Under the pieces are notes generated by a model. It made no database searches and was not told the origin of the DNA. It saw only the letters and a list, made by a program, of their open reading frames with translations. A DNA stretch of 64,000 bases, taken from IMG/VR virus record IMGVR_UViG_3300049142_000092, positions 5,185 through 69,184 of that record; one strand, given 5' to 3'. This DNA comes from a virus. Taxonomy: Duplodnaviria > Caudoviricetes. Shown here in pieces: positions 1 to 9,593 of the stretch. The stretch's first letter is position 1. Every line of letters starts with the position of its first letter. A program made the position numbers and the translations under genes.

Positions 1-86
1 GCGGGTGGACTCCCCCACTTCGATCCAGCCCCCGACACGGCGGGCCCTCGGGCAGTCCGCGCCACTGCACGCGGTGATCCACTCAG

Positions 87-482
87 TCATGCGAACTCCT
101 CGATCGCAGGGAACTGCACTTCGAGCCACAGCCGGGCCTTGAGCCCGGACGGGTCGTGGATCACCGGCATGTGTTTGGTCATGTGTGTGGGGTCGTCGTC
201 GATCACGACTCCGGCGTCCACGAGGCCATCGGCCAGTGCCTTTAGCGTCGGTGTGGGGTTCTCGACATCGCGGACCCGTCTGTCGCGGGGCACGTAGTGC
301 AGGGTCACCTCGACGTGCGGCCACGGCCCACCGACGTGGAGTCGCTGCTGCTTCGCGAGGAGGCATGCGGTTTCGCGGAGCATGGCGGCCTTCTTGGCGT
401 AGGCGCGCCAGTGGCGGCGGTGGTTCAGCGACAGCGGCGGTGACGTCCACGGCAGCTCAAGCTCGTACACGGGCACGGTCAC
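87..482 (-). CDS. rusA: RusA-like Holliday junction resolvase
   Basis: PPLSLN..., VTLHYVPRDRRVRDVENPTPTLKALADGLVDAGVVIDDD matches the RusA pattern (DxxN...K...D.L...G...DD); lies in the phage replication module. Start chosen at GTG 482. Confidence 0.85.
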   Translation of the reverse strand: MTVPVYELELPWTSPPLSLNHRRHWRAYAKKAAMLRETACLLAKQQRLHVGGPWPHVEVTLHYVPRDRRVRDVENPTPTLKALADGLVDAGVVIDDDPTHMTKHMPVIHDPSGLKARLWLEVQFPAIEEFA

Positions 483-648
483 GACGCCACCTTGAATCCG
501 GTCCACGGGCGGAAGCGGTGGGCTCGTTTGATCTCCCGCCGGACGTTGTCTTCAGACGGCCGCGGCGATCTACGTTGGTCTCGGCATGGCTCGCCTGGCT
601 GGGCTTTGCATGCCGGGCAGATGCCGAAGCCGTTCCAGTAGGTCGCGC

Positions 649-783
649 TCATCGCCCCTCCCCTGCTCCCTGGAGTTCGGCTCGGACGGAGGTGAGGGCA
701 CCCCAGCCGCGTTGGGTGCGGTACCGGCGCTGTGCCGCGACGAGGACTTCGGTGAGGCGGGCAGTGAGGTCGTCGTTGGTCAT
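649..783 (-). CDS. small hypothetical phage protein
   Basis: MTNDDLTARLTEVLVAAQRRY...; start overlaps the stop of the upstream ORF, as elsewhere in this operon. Confidence 0.45.
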   Translation of the reverse strand: MTNDDLTARLTEVLVAAQRRYRTQRGWGALTSVRAELQGAGEGR

Positions 784-971
784 GCGGCGGTCCACCATCC
801 GGTTCGGTCGTCCCAACGCCCCTCGAACCTCCGCCGCGCTGCGGCCCGCAACTGGGCTGCCTCCCACGGGGTTGGCCAGCACTGGCACACCCCGGACCGG
901 AGCCGCGGGTTCGGGTCGTTGGGGTCGGCGGGCAGCAGGTAACACCTGGAGCACGGAAAGACGTGGTTCAC
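780..971 (-). CDS. small Cys-containing hypothetical protein
   Basis: MNHVFPCSRCYLL...VCQCWPTPWE; GTGA start/stop overlap with the upstream gene. Confidence 0.5.
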   Translation of the reverse strand: MNHVFPCSRCYLLPADPNDPNPRLRSGVCQCWPTPWEAAQLRAAARRRFEGRWDDRTGWWTAA

Positions 972-1234
972 GCGGCACCTCTCATGATCGTGTTGGTTGC
1001 CAGGCCGAGTCGCTCCCGGATCCGAGCCGTCGTGTACGTGCTCATCCGCGTGTGGACGGCGATCTCCACGTCTGCCCAACCAGAGGCGGCCAGCGCGAAC
1101 ACCAGGTCCTCCCGATCCCTGGGATCCAAGGCCTCGGCGGGTTCACGGCCGGCGCAGCACGCCTCCCACAACACCTGCCCCGAACGCACACCAGGAGGAC
1201 GGCGCAGCGACGTAGGAATCTGCCGGCGCATCAC
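968..1234 (-). CDS. small HTH DNA-binding protein
   Basis: LVFALAASGWADVEIAVHTRMSTYTTARIRERLGL is an HTH-like pattern. Confidence 0.65.
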   Translation of the reverse strand: MMRRQIPTSLRRPPGVRSGQVLWEACCAGREPAEALDPRDREDLVFALAASGWADVEIAVHTRMSTYTTARIRERLGLATNTIMRGAA

Positions 1235-1731
1235 GACGCCCCCTTGAGGTGCTCCGCCAGCTGCTCAGCACGCGACGGATGACACGGCGACTCCTTCAAC
1301 GGCTTCCCCGTCGACAGCGACGTGCACCGCACACCAGCAGCCGCATGGCAGTGGGGGCACGCCACCCGCAGCGCGAACCCCTCACGATCCCGATGCCCCT
1401 CCGACCACCCCATGTGCTGCGCCAGCTCACCCACGATCTGCTGGATCCGCGCCGCGGCAGCCGGGTCGGTGGGGGCCGCCTCCAACGCAAGGGCTTCATC
1501 GCGCATCGCCTGGTCCTGCCGGGCCGCCTTCACGCGGGAGGTGATGTGCGCCGGCATCAGGTAGTCGGGGTTCTCCGCGAAATGCGCATGGACCGCGGCC
1601 AGGGCTTCGGGGAACGTCCACCGGCCGAGCTCGGCTGCCTTGCCCCAAGCGAACACCGCGGCAGGGTTAGCCTTCCGGTTGTCGTAGGCGGCGATGGCGG
1701 TCAGCAGGTCGACGACCTGATCGTGGGTCAT
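1231..1731 (-). CDS. putative helicase loader/inhibitor (G39P-like) with C-terminal zinc finger
   Basis: N-terminus VVDLLTAIAAYDNRK...W...L...FPEALAAVHAHF...YLMPAHI; C-terminal CPHC...C...CH; directly downstream of the replication initiator. Confidence 0.6.
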   Translation of the reverse strand: MTHDQVVDLLTAIAAYDNRKANPAAVFAWGKAAELGRWTFPEALAAVHAHFAENPDYLMPAHITSRVKAARQDQAMRDEALALEAAPTDPAAAARIQQIVGELAQHMGWSEGHRDREGFALRVACPHCHAAAGVRCTSLSTGKPLKESPCHPSRAEQLAEHLKGAS

Positions 1732-2552
1732 CACAGTTGACTCCCGTTGATGGCTCGGAGTGGTGGCCGGTCGTCTGTGCCGGTCGCTTTGAGGGCCTGC
1801 CAACCGGTGATGTGATCCGGCATGTCACGCGGGGAGCGCGTTGCGTTACGGCGTTCCGGTTCGGGCTCGTTGTCGAAGGCGTCGGCGTTCAGCCACGTCG
1901 CCGGGAGTTTGATGAAGCGGCGCTCGTTGCCGATCTGCAGCCGGGCGTAGGCGCGGGCGGCGTTGATGACCTTGTCCGGGTCGGCTCCGCGCTTCATCGC
2001 GGCTCGCCACGCCTTCTCTGCGGCTCGGCGGTCCTGCCGTCGCGGGTAGGCCTCGTAGAACTCCGCGAAGCGGTCGGGCTCGGGAGCAGGCGCAGCCTGC
2101 GAGTGTTCTTCTTCTGTATGGGTCGGGTCGGGTCGGGTCGGGGGGGCCGTGACTGACGGCGTGACTACACGTGTGACTGACGCGCTGCTAACGCCGTTAC
2201 TCGCTTCGCTGACCTGCGGCTTCTTGTAGATTCCGGCTCTGTACTTGGCTTGACGGTCAGCCGCAGCAGAACGCTTGTCCTGGACACTTTTCGCCGTGGG
2301 TTGCCGCCCGTTTTCGTTCCATTCGTGGAACTGGCAGCCGCCGTCGACCTCTATCCACAGCCCTGTCTTGATCAGCTTCTGCTTCTGGGCAGGCGTCCCG
2401 AGGATCGCCACCATGTGGTCCGGGATGAACCCATCCGTCAGGTGTTGGGCACACCAGGAGCCAGCTCGTACCCACAGGCCCATCGCCGCGTTGCCGGCGG
2501 CCACCACCTTCCGATGGAAGGCGAGGTTGTCGTCGACCTTGAACCAAGTCAC
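1731..2552 (-). CDS. phage replication initiator protein
   Basis: MTWFKVDDNLAFHRKVVAAGNAAMGLW...TDGFIP N-terminus and FAEFYEAYPRR...KAW...PATWLNAD C-terminal domain, both typical of actinophage initiators; internal iteron-like repeats. Confidence 0.8.
   Translation of the reverse strand: MTWFKVDDNLAFHRKVVAAGNAAMGLWVRAGSWCAQHLTDGFIPDHMVAILGTPAQKQKLIKTGLWIEVDGGCQFHEWNENGRQPTAKSVQDKRSAAADRQAKYRAGIYKKPQVSEASNGVSSASVTRVVTPSVTAPPTRPDPTHTEEEHSQAAPAPEPDRFAEFYEAYPRRQDRRAAEKAWRAAMKRGADPDKVINAARAYARLQIGNERRFIKLPATWLNADAFDNEPEPERRNATRSPRDMPDHITGWQALKATGTDDRPPLRAINGSQL
2120..2184. repeat. iteron-like repeats inside the initiator gene (candidate phage origin)
   Basis: GGGTC x4 (2120-2139), then three GTGACT-initiated 12-bp units at 2149, 2161, 2173. 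Confidence 0.55.
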
Positions 2553-2686
2553 CGGACGCCTTCAGTCCTGGCGCGCCAGGATGTGTGGGGAGCAGTCACC
2601 GACGCCGCCTCCTTCTCGTTGTGCTGTCGGGGGATGTCGCTGTCGGCGGGCCCGAGGTTGTGCCGGCACCCGGGCCCGCCGGCGGT

Positions 2687-3133
2687 CTAAAAGGGGCTGT
2701 CCTCCTCGGAGGCAGCCGCGGTGGGCCACGGGTCTCCCCCGGACTGGCCAGCAGGCTGAGACGACGGGCCGGTGACCTTGTTGACCTGGACCGTGGCGTA
2801 GCGGACTGAGGGCCCGATCTCGTCTACGTCGAGTTCGATGACGCTGCGCTTCTGCCCGTCCTTCTCGAAGGAGCGCTGCTTCAACCGGCCGGTGACGATC
2901 ACTCGGGTGCCGCGGTGGATGCCTGACTCGGCGAGGTTCTCAGCGGGCTGCCGCCACAACGCGCACCGCATGAACAGGGCGTCGCCATCGCGCCACTCAC
3001 CGGACGCCTTGTCGAACGAGCGTGGCGTCGACGCCACGGTGAAGTTCGCGACCGCCGCCCCGGACGGGGTGAATCGCAGCTCCGGCGCCTCGACGAGGTT
3101 GCCGATGATGGTCACATTGGTTTCTCCAGCCAC
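2687..3133 (-). CDS. ssb: single-stranded DNA-binding protein
   Basis: [38 protein letters not shown]...LKQRSFE...acidic tail ending EEDSPF. Confidence 0.97.
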   Translation of the reverse strand: MAGETNVTIIGNLVEAPELRFTPSGAAVANFTVASTPRSFDKASGEWRDGDALFMRCALWRQPAENLAESGIHRGTRVIVTGRLKQRSFEKDGQKRSVIELDVDEIGPSVRYATVQVNKVTGPSSQPAGQSGGDPWPTAAASEEDSPF

Positions 3134-3135
3134 GG

Positions 3136-3450
3136 CTACGCGGCCTCCTCGTTCTGGTAGTTGCCGGTGGGGGTGAGGAAGACGAACTCGCGGCCGGTGA
3201 CCCACACGGGGGTAGTGGCTGGGTCGGCGTAGGACGGGACGGTCCAGCCCTGCTCACGGGCCCGCTTCGGGTTCACCGTGATATGCATGTGATGCGGGTG
3301 GCAGAGGTGCATGAGGTTTTCCGGGGTCCACTTGCCGCCCTGGGAGCGGTTACGGCGGTGGTGCATGTCGGTGGCCGGGGCAATCCAGCAGACCTCGCAT
3401 CTGCCCTCTGACCGGGCCTTCACGATCTGCCTTGCCTTGCGCTCGTTCAC
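3136..3450 (-). CDS. HNH endonuclease
   Basis: CEVC...[12 protein letters not shown]...[10 protein letters not shown]. Confidence 0.85.
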   Translation of the reverse strand: MNERKARQIVKARSEGRCEVCWIAPATDMHHRRNRSQGGKWTPENLMHLCHPHHMHITVNPKRAREQGWTVPSYADPATTPVWVTGREFVFLTPTGNYQNEEAA

Positions 3451-3815
3451 GCGGCACCGCTCAAACCAGCGGCGTGGATCTTGTCGACCTCGCGCTCCGA
3501 CGTGACCGCTGTGCGACCTGTGGCGACCTGCTCGCGGAGCTGGCGCAGCTTCTCCCGGTGCGAGTCCTGCAAAGCCGCCGTGATGAGGCGGTTGCGGTAC
3601 AGGCCGGCGATCTCCTCGTCAGCCTCGGCACGCGCCTCAGCCTCGGCGTGGGAGATCCGCTCGGTCTCCCTCGCCTTGACCTGCAGAATCATGCGGGCGC
3701 GAGCCGACTTGTGCGCGGCCTCTGCCTCGGCGGCGCGGAGGGCGATCGCCCTGTACTCGTCGGCAGCGAGCTCGTAGGCGCGAGACACCTCGCCGAGCCG
3801 GCGGATGGCGCTCAT
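3447..3815 (-). CDS. helical hypothetical phage protein
   Basis: MSAIRRLGEVSRAYE...; coupled start/stop overlaps on both sides. Confidence 0.7.
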   Translation of the reverse strand: MSAIRRLGEVSRAYELAADEYRAIALRAAEAEAAHKSARARMILQVKARETERISHAEAEARAEADEEIAGLYRNRLITAALQDSHREKLRQLREQVATGRTAVTSEREVDKIHAAGLSGAA

Positions 3816-4411
3816 GCCGCCGGCGCCTTCAGCTCGTCGTCGGAGCGGTCGAACAGGGACGCTGTGAACGCCACGATCCGCTCGGCGTCGGTCTCTGTCC
3901 TCAGGTCGCCGTCGTAGAGGGCGGCGATGCGGTTGAGGTCCCAGCCCTTCTTCGAGCACTGCGCCTTGAGCACAGCGCGGGCCTGGTCGGCCGGGTCGAC
4001 CTGCTGCGGGCGGACGCGGGACTGCTCGGCTACGGCGCCGTCGTCGTCCTCGTCGGCGGCCACACCGGTCACGGCGGCGAGGCAGTAGCGGCGCCCGTAG
4101 GTGAGTGCGGAGCCGATCTCCCACGCCGTACCGGTGGGCAGCGGGTAGGTGCCGCGCCGGGACTCCCCCGACGTGTGCAACAGCTCGTACTGGAGGACAA
4201 ACCGGCCAGCGTCGTCGTAGGTGGGCATCGTCATCCACGACAACCCCTGAGCAGCCAGCAGCGGCAGGACGGTGGCGGACAGGTCCGACAGGTCGGCGTA
4301 CTTGTAGGAACGCTTCCCAGGCACCTGCCCGGTGGCTCCTTTGTGGACAGCGGGGAGGGACGCCTGGAACGCAGCCAGAGCCGCAGCGAGGGTGTCGGGG
4401 GTGGTGGGCAT
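3812..4411 (-). CDS. erf: ERF-family single-strand annealing protein
   Basis: YKYADLSD...GSALTYGRRYCLAAVTGVAADEDDDG is the ERF signature. Confidence 0.92.
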   Translation of the reverse strand: MPTTPDTLAAALAAFQASLPAVHKGATGQVPGKRSYKYADLSDLSATVLPLLAAQGLSWMTMPTYDDAGRFVLQYELLHTSGESRRGTYPLPTGTAWEIGSALTYGRRYCLAAVTGVAADEDDDGAVAEQSRVRPQQVDPADQARAVLKAQCSKKGWDLNRIAALYDGDLRTETDAERIVAFTASLFDRSDDELKAPAA

Positions 4412-4614
4412 CAGGCTGCGCCGCCTCTCGGGATGTCTTCGTGCCAGGGGAGCGGGAAGTACGGGGCGCCCCGACGGGGCACGCAGTGAGGGCAGGGGGT
4501 CTTCACCCACGCCCCGACGGGGAAGGCGCGGACCTTGACCTCGCCCGCGCCTTCACAGACGGTGCAGCTGGAGGTCGCGGACGCCACGACGGCGATCGCG
4601 CGGTGACGCGGCAT
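4411..4614 (-). CDS. small zinc-finger protein
   Basis: CTVCEGAG...CPHC. Confidence 0.5.
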   Translation of the reverse strand: MPRHRAIAVVASATSSCTVCEGAGEVKVRAFPVGAWVKTPCPHCVPRRGAPYFPLPWHEDIPRGGAA

Positions 4615-4988
4615 CACGCACCACCCTGGGCGGGGCGGCGGCACTCGGGTCCATGCTCGCCCGTGTCCTCCAGCGTGTAGAACGGGCAGCCACATGCCGC
4701 CGCTGGCTCGTGTTCGACACAGTGCGAACAAGGAGGCGCGCAGAAGCACGTGCAGCCTTCACAGTCGATCGGACACCGGGAGTGCGCACGGCCGTCCTCG
4801 AACATCGCCACGTCATTGCGCGGGTTCGGCTTCACATAGCCGCGCAGCCGGCGGATCTCCTCGCACGGGGCGACGTGTAGCCACTCGACGACTGCGATCC
4901 GAGCAGCAGCTTCGTCGGCGTTCTGGTCGGACAGGAACGTCTCGGCCTCGCGCACGAGGGCGGCAGCCATCTCGTCGAGCCGCGGCAT
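4614..4988 (-). CDS. Cys-rich hypothetical protein
   Basis: ORF track; CPIDCEGCTCFCAPPCSHC; overlapping start/stop with neighbours. Confidence 0.6.
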   Translation of the reverse strand: MPRLDEMAAALVREAETFLSDQNADEAAARIAVVEWLHVAPCEEIRRLRGYVKPNPRNDVAMFEDGRAHSRCPIDCEGCTCFCAPPCSHCVEHEPAAACGCPFYTLEDTGEHGPECRRPAQGGA

Positions 4989-5167
4989 CAGACCGTCCCC
5001 CGCTCGGTTTCCTTCGCCGCAATGTCGGCCGCGGACTGGGCGATCAACCGCTCGGGGTGGAGACCGACGGCGAGCTGCTTCTTCTCGGGGATGCAGGGCC
5101 AGCCCGGTTGGGCGCCGCAGCGGTCACAACCTCGGGAAACCATGGCGCGGAAGGTGAAGGCGTCCAT
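4988..5167 (-). CDS. 59-aa zinc-finger protein (below ORF-track cutoff)
   Basis: Translated by hand: MDAFTFRAMVSRGCDRCGAQPGWPCIPEKKQLAVGLHPERL...; ATGA overlaps at both ends. Confidence 0.6.
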   Translation of the reverse strand: MDAFTFRAMVSRGCDRCGAQPGWPCIPEKKQLAVGLHPERLIAQSAADIAAKETERGTV

Positions 5168-6030
5168 CAGGCCACCGCCGCCGGGTACTCCCGCACCTGC
5201 AGCTCAGCGGGCCAGGTGTCGATGTCGCCGCCCTTATGTGGGCCGTGCGCCGACCCGAGCTGCTTCACGAACGGCGCGATGGCTGCGGCCTGGCACTGGT
5301 CGACGAGCGACTGCGCCCAGTCGAGCTCCATGCGGCGCGCTCCAGGGCCGGACTCCCCACCGATGATCACCCAGTCCAGGTGCGGCAGCGGGCGTCCGCT
5401 GAGCCGCCGCCGGTTCGACGGGTTCGAAAGGTGCTCCCAGATGCTCACCGGCCCGAGCAGCGGCTCGCAGGACAGGAATCGCACCGCGGCCGGGGTGTCG
5501 AGGAGGGCGGGGATGCGGAGGTCGGCCCGCTTCTGGTCCTCGACGGACACGCCGAGCCAGACGTTCGGCAGCGGCCACCATCCTGGCGGGTCATCGAAGT
5601 CGGGGTCCGCGCGCTCGGCGGTCTGCTGAACCTGCCAGGCGAACGCGCCTGTGTTCAGCAGGCTCCGCATGCGGCCATGTCGCTTCGTGAGCACCTGGTA
5701 CGTGTGCTGTGGTGTGCGGGCCATCACGGCGAAGACCTGCGCGAGGAACGACTGCGGGATGTCGTCGTGGAACAGGTCGGACATGCTGTTGACGAACACC
5801 CGGCGGGGCTTCCGCCAGCGCAGCGGCTCGCTCAACGTCGCCGGGTGGATGCTCACCCCGAAGCCGGGGCCGCTCGTGCGGGGGTCGCCGTCGCGCTGGT
5901 ACTTCTCCGAGCCCATGCCCTTCAGCCGGCGGGCCATCGTCATGGCGTAGCAGTTGTCGCAGCCGGGGCTGACGCGGTCACATCCGGTGGTTGGATTCCA
6001 GACGGTGTCGGTCCACTCGATTGCTGTCAT
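5167..6030 (-). CDS. DUF5131 / phage Gp37-Gp68 family protein
   Basis: MTAIEWTDTVWNPTTGCDRVSPGCDNCYA...VFVNSMSDLFH...FLSCEPLLG...WVIIGGESG. Confidence 0.93.
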   Translation of the reverse strand: MTAIEWTDTVWNPTTGCDRVSPGCDNCYAMTMARRLKGMGSEKYQRDGDPRTSGPGFGVSIHPATLSEPLRWRKPRRVFVNSMSDLFHDDIPQSFLAQVFAVMARTPQHTYQVLTKRHGRMRSLLNTGAFAWQVQQTAERADPDFDDPPGWWPLPNVWLGVSVEDQKRADLRIPALLDTPAAVRFLSCEPLLGPVSIWEHLSNPSNRRRLSGRPLPHLDWVIIGGESGPGARRMELDWAQSLVDQCQAAAIAPFVKQLGSAHGPHKGGDIDTWPAELQVREYPAAVA

Positions 6031-6308
6031 GACGCCGCCCTTGCTGGCTGTCGGGGTGTGCGCGAGAGCTGGACGAGAACACGGGTGCGGATCCGGCTCT
6101 GCTTGCGGTGCTTGTAGATGCCGCCCCACAACCCGGTGTGGTGGTGTTCGTTGCCCTCCGCACGGCAGGCGGCAATGACGGGGCAGGCGTTGCAGAACAA
6201 GTCGGCGGTTTCCTGGAGCCGCTGGATGTCGCGGACCGTGTGGCTGTCCTGCTCTGCGAACAACTCCGGGTCCGCGTCGAGACATGCCGCGTTGGTACGC
6301 CAGTTCAC
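6027..6308 (-). CDS. whiB: WhiB-family transcription factor
   Basis: WRTNAACLDADPELF...CNACPVIAAC...GLWGG: four Cys plus G(L)WGG. Confidence 0.9.
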   Translation of the reverse strand: MNWRTNAACLDADPELFAEQDSHTVRDIQRLQETADLFCNACPVIAACRAEGNEHHHTGLWGGIYKHRKQSRIRTRVLVQLSRTPRQPARAAS

Positions 6309-6697
6309 TTCACCCTCCCGATGGTGTGGTCGTGTGGCCGCAAGGTCTGGGGGATGGTCCAGATACCGGCGTCGCTGGCCGGCTGCTCCGGCACAGCCCG
6401 CGGATCCCCGGCAGATCGGGCGCGGAAGTAGGCGCGGTCGAACGTCTCCCACTTCAAACCCAGCCGCTCCGCTGCGTTGCGGCGCGTGTAGCCCTCGGAG
6501 CGCAACAGGTCCCATTCGCCCATCAGTTCGTCGCGGGACCACGTGGTGCGGGGGTAGTCGTCCAACCGGCCCGCGTACTGGGCCTGCCGATAGCAGGGAG
6601 GGCACAGGCCGCGGCCCTCATGTGTGTCGACCCGTGTTGTCCCGGACGAGCGGGGAACCATGGTGTTGCCGCACTCGGCGCAGTTGCAGCTGGCCAT
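6305..6697 (-). CDS. zinc finger + HTH DNA-binding protein
   Basis: CAECG...GLCPPCY and LRSEGYTRRNAAERLGLKWETFDRAY. Confidence 0.7.
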   Translation of the reverse strand: MASCNCAECGNTMVPRSSGTTRVDTHEGRGLCPPCYRQAQYAGRLDDYPRTTWSRDELMGEWDLLRSEGYTRRNAAERLGLKWETFDRAYFRARSAGDPRAVPEQPASDAGIWTIPQTLRPHDHTIGRVK

Positions 6698-8572
6698 CAG
6701 ATCCCCCGATACTCGGGTTCAGGCCCGCCGGGCAGTCGCACGTTCTCCCACGCCTGGTCGTTGAACGGCGGGGGTGGACCGCCCAGGGTTTGTAGCCGCT
6801 TCAAGGCAACGATCGTCTTGAGCAGCACATCCAGGGCTTCCGCGTCTTCGCCGGACAGGCGGCGCAGTAGATGGCTCGCAGCTTCCTGGGGGGTCACAGT
6901 GCCCTGCCGGCGTAAGCGTCGAACCGGTCGAGCTGCTCCTGCACGCCGGCCTGGAAGTCGGCGGCACCGCAATCGCATCCGTCGGCTGGGTCTGGTGACT
7001 TCCAGATGAGGCACGCCAGGCTGTGAACGCCACTGGGTTCGTCTTCGCCGCGCCAGTCTGCGGCCCACGTGTAGCTCAACGGGCCACCCCCCAGCAGTGA
7101 GCCTGGCCGTCGGCGCCCAACACCGAGCCGTAGCGCTCGTCGCGCACCCACACCTTCACCGCGAACGGGCCTTGCATCGTGGTGTGGCTGTAGCGGCTGG
7201 TGACGACGTCGCACACCGTGCAGCGCTGGTGCTTCAGCTTGGCCATGTCAGATCCCCTCGACGGTCGCGAAGTCGTCGCACCCGCACACGAGCGGGCCTC
7301 CGAAGTCGTGGGAGTGCCAGCGCTCGACGCACGGCCCGTGCTGCGCGACCAACGCGCAGGCGTTGGCACTGCCGGCCCCGCCCACGGTTCGGGTTTTGTT
7401 CGTGGCAGGGCGGCAGTTGGCGTGCACTCCGGCGTCGTGCTGCTGCGTGTACGGGTGAAAGGAGTCGAGGTGGGCGGTCATCGGTCATGCCCTCCGTCTT
7501 CCGGCCCGCGTGGGTCGTGATCAGGCAGGCCTCGCCCATCAGGCACGTCACACATGCTGGTTCGATGTCCATGACGGCGCAGGCGCATCCGTGCCCGGTC
7601 CAGTTCGCGCAGGTCTCCGCGAGGCACCTCATCGAGCGCGCCCCTGTTCCTCGCCGGCCGCGGAAACCCACTCGGCGGGGTATGCGCCGATCGCGGTGAG
7701 CGCAGTTGGGTTCTGGTTCATGACCAGAACCTCGGCGGTGATCTCGTCAGCGGCTTCGACGGTGCGGGAGTCGTCGCGACCGTGCTCGTTCTTGAAGTGC
7801 ACGTGATACTTCATCGGGCCCTCCCGTCGGCGTCGTTGGCTGGTGCGGGCTGCCAGGTGGCGGTGTCGTTGACGGCGTCGAGGAGCGCGGCGATCCGGTC
7901 GGCCATCGCGGTGGTTCGGAGGCGCTCGACGAGAGCGTCATCAGATTCCGGTGTGTTGGTCATCGGTGGTCCTCGGCGGTGAGGTTGAACGAACGGACGA
8001 CAGCGACGGCTTCGGCTGTGTCGCGGTTGCGTTGCATGTGGCGTGCGGTGTTGGCGCGTTCCCGCTCGAGTTCGCCGTGGTAGTCGCACGGCTGGTTGGC
8101 GCGGCAGGTGCAGGTGGCGCGGTGCTGAGGGCAGCGATAGGGCCAGGCGCAGTCGCAGGTGTTTGCCCAGTCGCGCTCTCGGCACTGGTTGCAGCGATAG
8201 TCACCGCTGCAGAGGCAGGGCAGGTCGTACATCACGGCCCCTCGGTGGTGTCGGGCGTCCAGTCGATCTCCACGCCGTGGTCCTCGCACACCTGCTCAAC
8301 CAGTTCGGGTTGACGGGTGTGGAGGTCGCGCAGCACGGCGACCAGCGAGACCACGAGGTCGACGTGCACGTGTTCGTCGTCGGTCATGCCGGCACCGCCT
8401 CGATTGGGTGGATGGGGAAGAGGTCGGCCGGGTGGGCTGCCACAGGGACCATCCGGTCATCCAGGGAGACGAGCACCCGGCGAGGAGTGGCGAACAGGAC
8501 CGTGCCGGGGATCAGGCGCTGCTTCTCCGGGTCGAACCAGTTGACGCGGTCGTCGACGTGGTAGGCGGTCAT
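6697..8572 (-). other. array of ~10 tiny, tightly overlapping hypothetical phage ORFs
   Basis: Likely genes 6697-6897, 6894-7079, 7076-7246, 7248-7481, 7629-7814, 7811-7963, 7960-8232, 8232-8387, 8384-8572; mostly ATGA/GTGA overlaps, several Cys-rich; the frame around 7480-7630 is ambiguous. Confidence 0.6.
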
Positions 8573-8937
8573 GCGGTCACCGCCACAGGCCAGAAGAACC
8601 GGGGCTCGGTGAGGCGGTGGCGGCGGCATTCCCACTCCCCACCCACCCGGTTGGCCTCTTCGCGGAGGCCGTCCGGCCACTCCTCGGGGTCGGCGGGCAG
8701 GTCGGACCAGTCGGGGCGCACCTTCGCGAGAGCCCGAGCCAGTGACTGCACATGTCCGCGGGTGGGCCCCCAGTACGGGAACGCCGTACCTGACGGGCCG
8801 TGGGTGAGGCGCCATTCGGGTTTGAATGCGGGGTCACCGCCTGCCGGTGTGACGACCAGGCCAGGCACGGCGGTCGGTTCCGCCGGGACGTCGCGGGTGG
8901 TGCCGTCGCTGTAGCGGATCGTCACGGTGGTGGTCAT
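8569..8937 (-). CDS. hypothetical protein (paralog of 9897-10268)
   Basis: VVTPAGG...EWRLTHGPSG...LARAL...DW. Confidence 0.65.
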   Translation of the reverse strand: MTTTVTIRYSDGTTRDVPAEPTAVPGLVVTPAGGDPAFKPEWRLTHGPSGTAFPYWGPTRGHVQSLARALAKVRPDWSDLPADPEEWPDGLREEANRVGGEWECRRHRLTEPRFFWPVAVTA

Positions 8938-9224
8938 GCCGCCACCTCCAGCTTCGCGGTGATGGCGTCGACGTCGGCGGCCGTGATCAGCCGGGAGTCG
9001 ACGTGGATGACGCCGTACTCGGCGGCGTGCGACTGGGAGGCGAGGATGCAGCGCAGGTTGTCGCAGCAGAACCACTCGAGCGGTTCCCAGGTGTCGCCGA
9101 TGGGGACCCGGGCTTCGACGACGAGGTGGGCGGGGCGACCGCAGCGGCCCTGCCACATCGCACACAGCACGTCTTGGGAGGGACGGAACCGGGGTTCCGG
9201 AGGGATTTTGAGAGGGGCAGCCAT
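8934..9224 (-). CDS. hypothetical protein, first gene behind a leaderless promoter
   Basis: MAAPLKIPPEPRF...; ATG 6 nt downstream of a CATAAT -10 box. Confidence 0.7.
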   Translation of the reverse strand: MAAPLKIPPEPRFRPSQDVLCAMWQGRCGRPAHLVVEARVPIGDTWEPLEWFCCDNLRCILASQSHAAEYGVIHVDSRLITAADVDAITAKLEVAA

Positions 9225-9277
9225 GTGCAGATTATGGCAGGAATCGGCAGATCTGTCTAGCAGGATCGGCAACCCTG
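9225..9277 (-). promoter_or_regulatory. leftward sigma-A-type leaderless promoter with operator-like repeats
   Basis: Minus strand TAGACA-17 nt-CATAAT-6 nt-ATG; aligns over ~55 bp with the cro promoter at 11665-11719. Confidence 0.7.
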
Positions 9278-9303
9278 CCACCATAAACCTGCCCAACATG
9301 CAA

Positions 9304-9340
9304 GACGCCCCCCAGGGCGGCGCGTTGCCTGGGAGGCGTC
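9304..9340 (-). terminator. GC-rich hairpin, putative terminator
   Basis: gacgcc-cccagg ... cctggg-a-ggcgtc stem in the intergenic gap upstream of the 9224 promoter. Confidence 0.45.
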
Positions 9341-9401
9341 CTGCAGGGAGCAAACGACGACGGGCCCGCCAGGGAGGGGTGTCCCAGCGGGCCCGCCGAC
9401 C

Positions 9402-9593
9402 TCAAGGGCCGGGCACGACCCCCGAGCTTCCATGCAGCCACGACCACACCACCGGCTGCTCCTCGAGCTCGCGGCTGCGCCGCTCACGCCGGTGCCGACA
9501 CTGACACGTCGCCCGAACCATCGTCTGGCCCGTCACAGGGTTCACGTGCGGCGTTTCCAGCTCGCACTCGCCGTCGTGCAGCAGTCCTGTCAC
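9402..9593 (-). CDS. small hypothetical protein
   Basis: MTGLLHDGECELETPHVNP...CQC. Confidence 0.5.
   Translation of the reverse strand: MTGLLHDGECELETPHVNPVTGQTMVRATCQCRHRRERRSRELEEQPVVWSWLHGSSGVVPGP

Noticed and set aside
5167-6030. Complete DUF5131-associated DNA-modification system
   Set aside because: No methyltransferase, three-Cys-motif partner or queuosine-pathway genes were recognised nearby.
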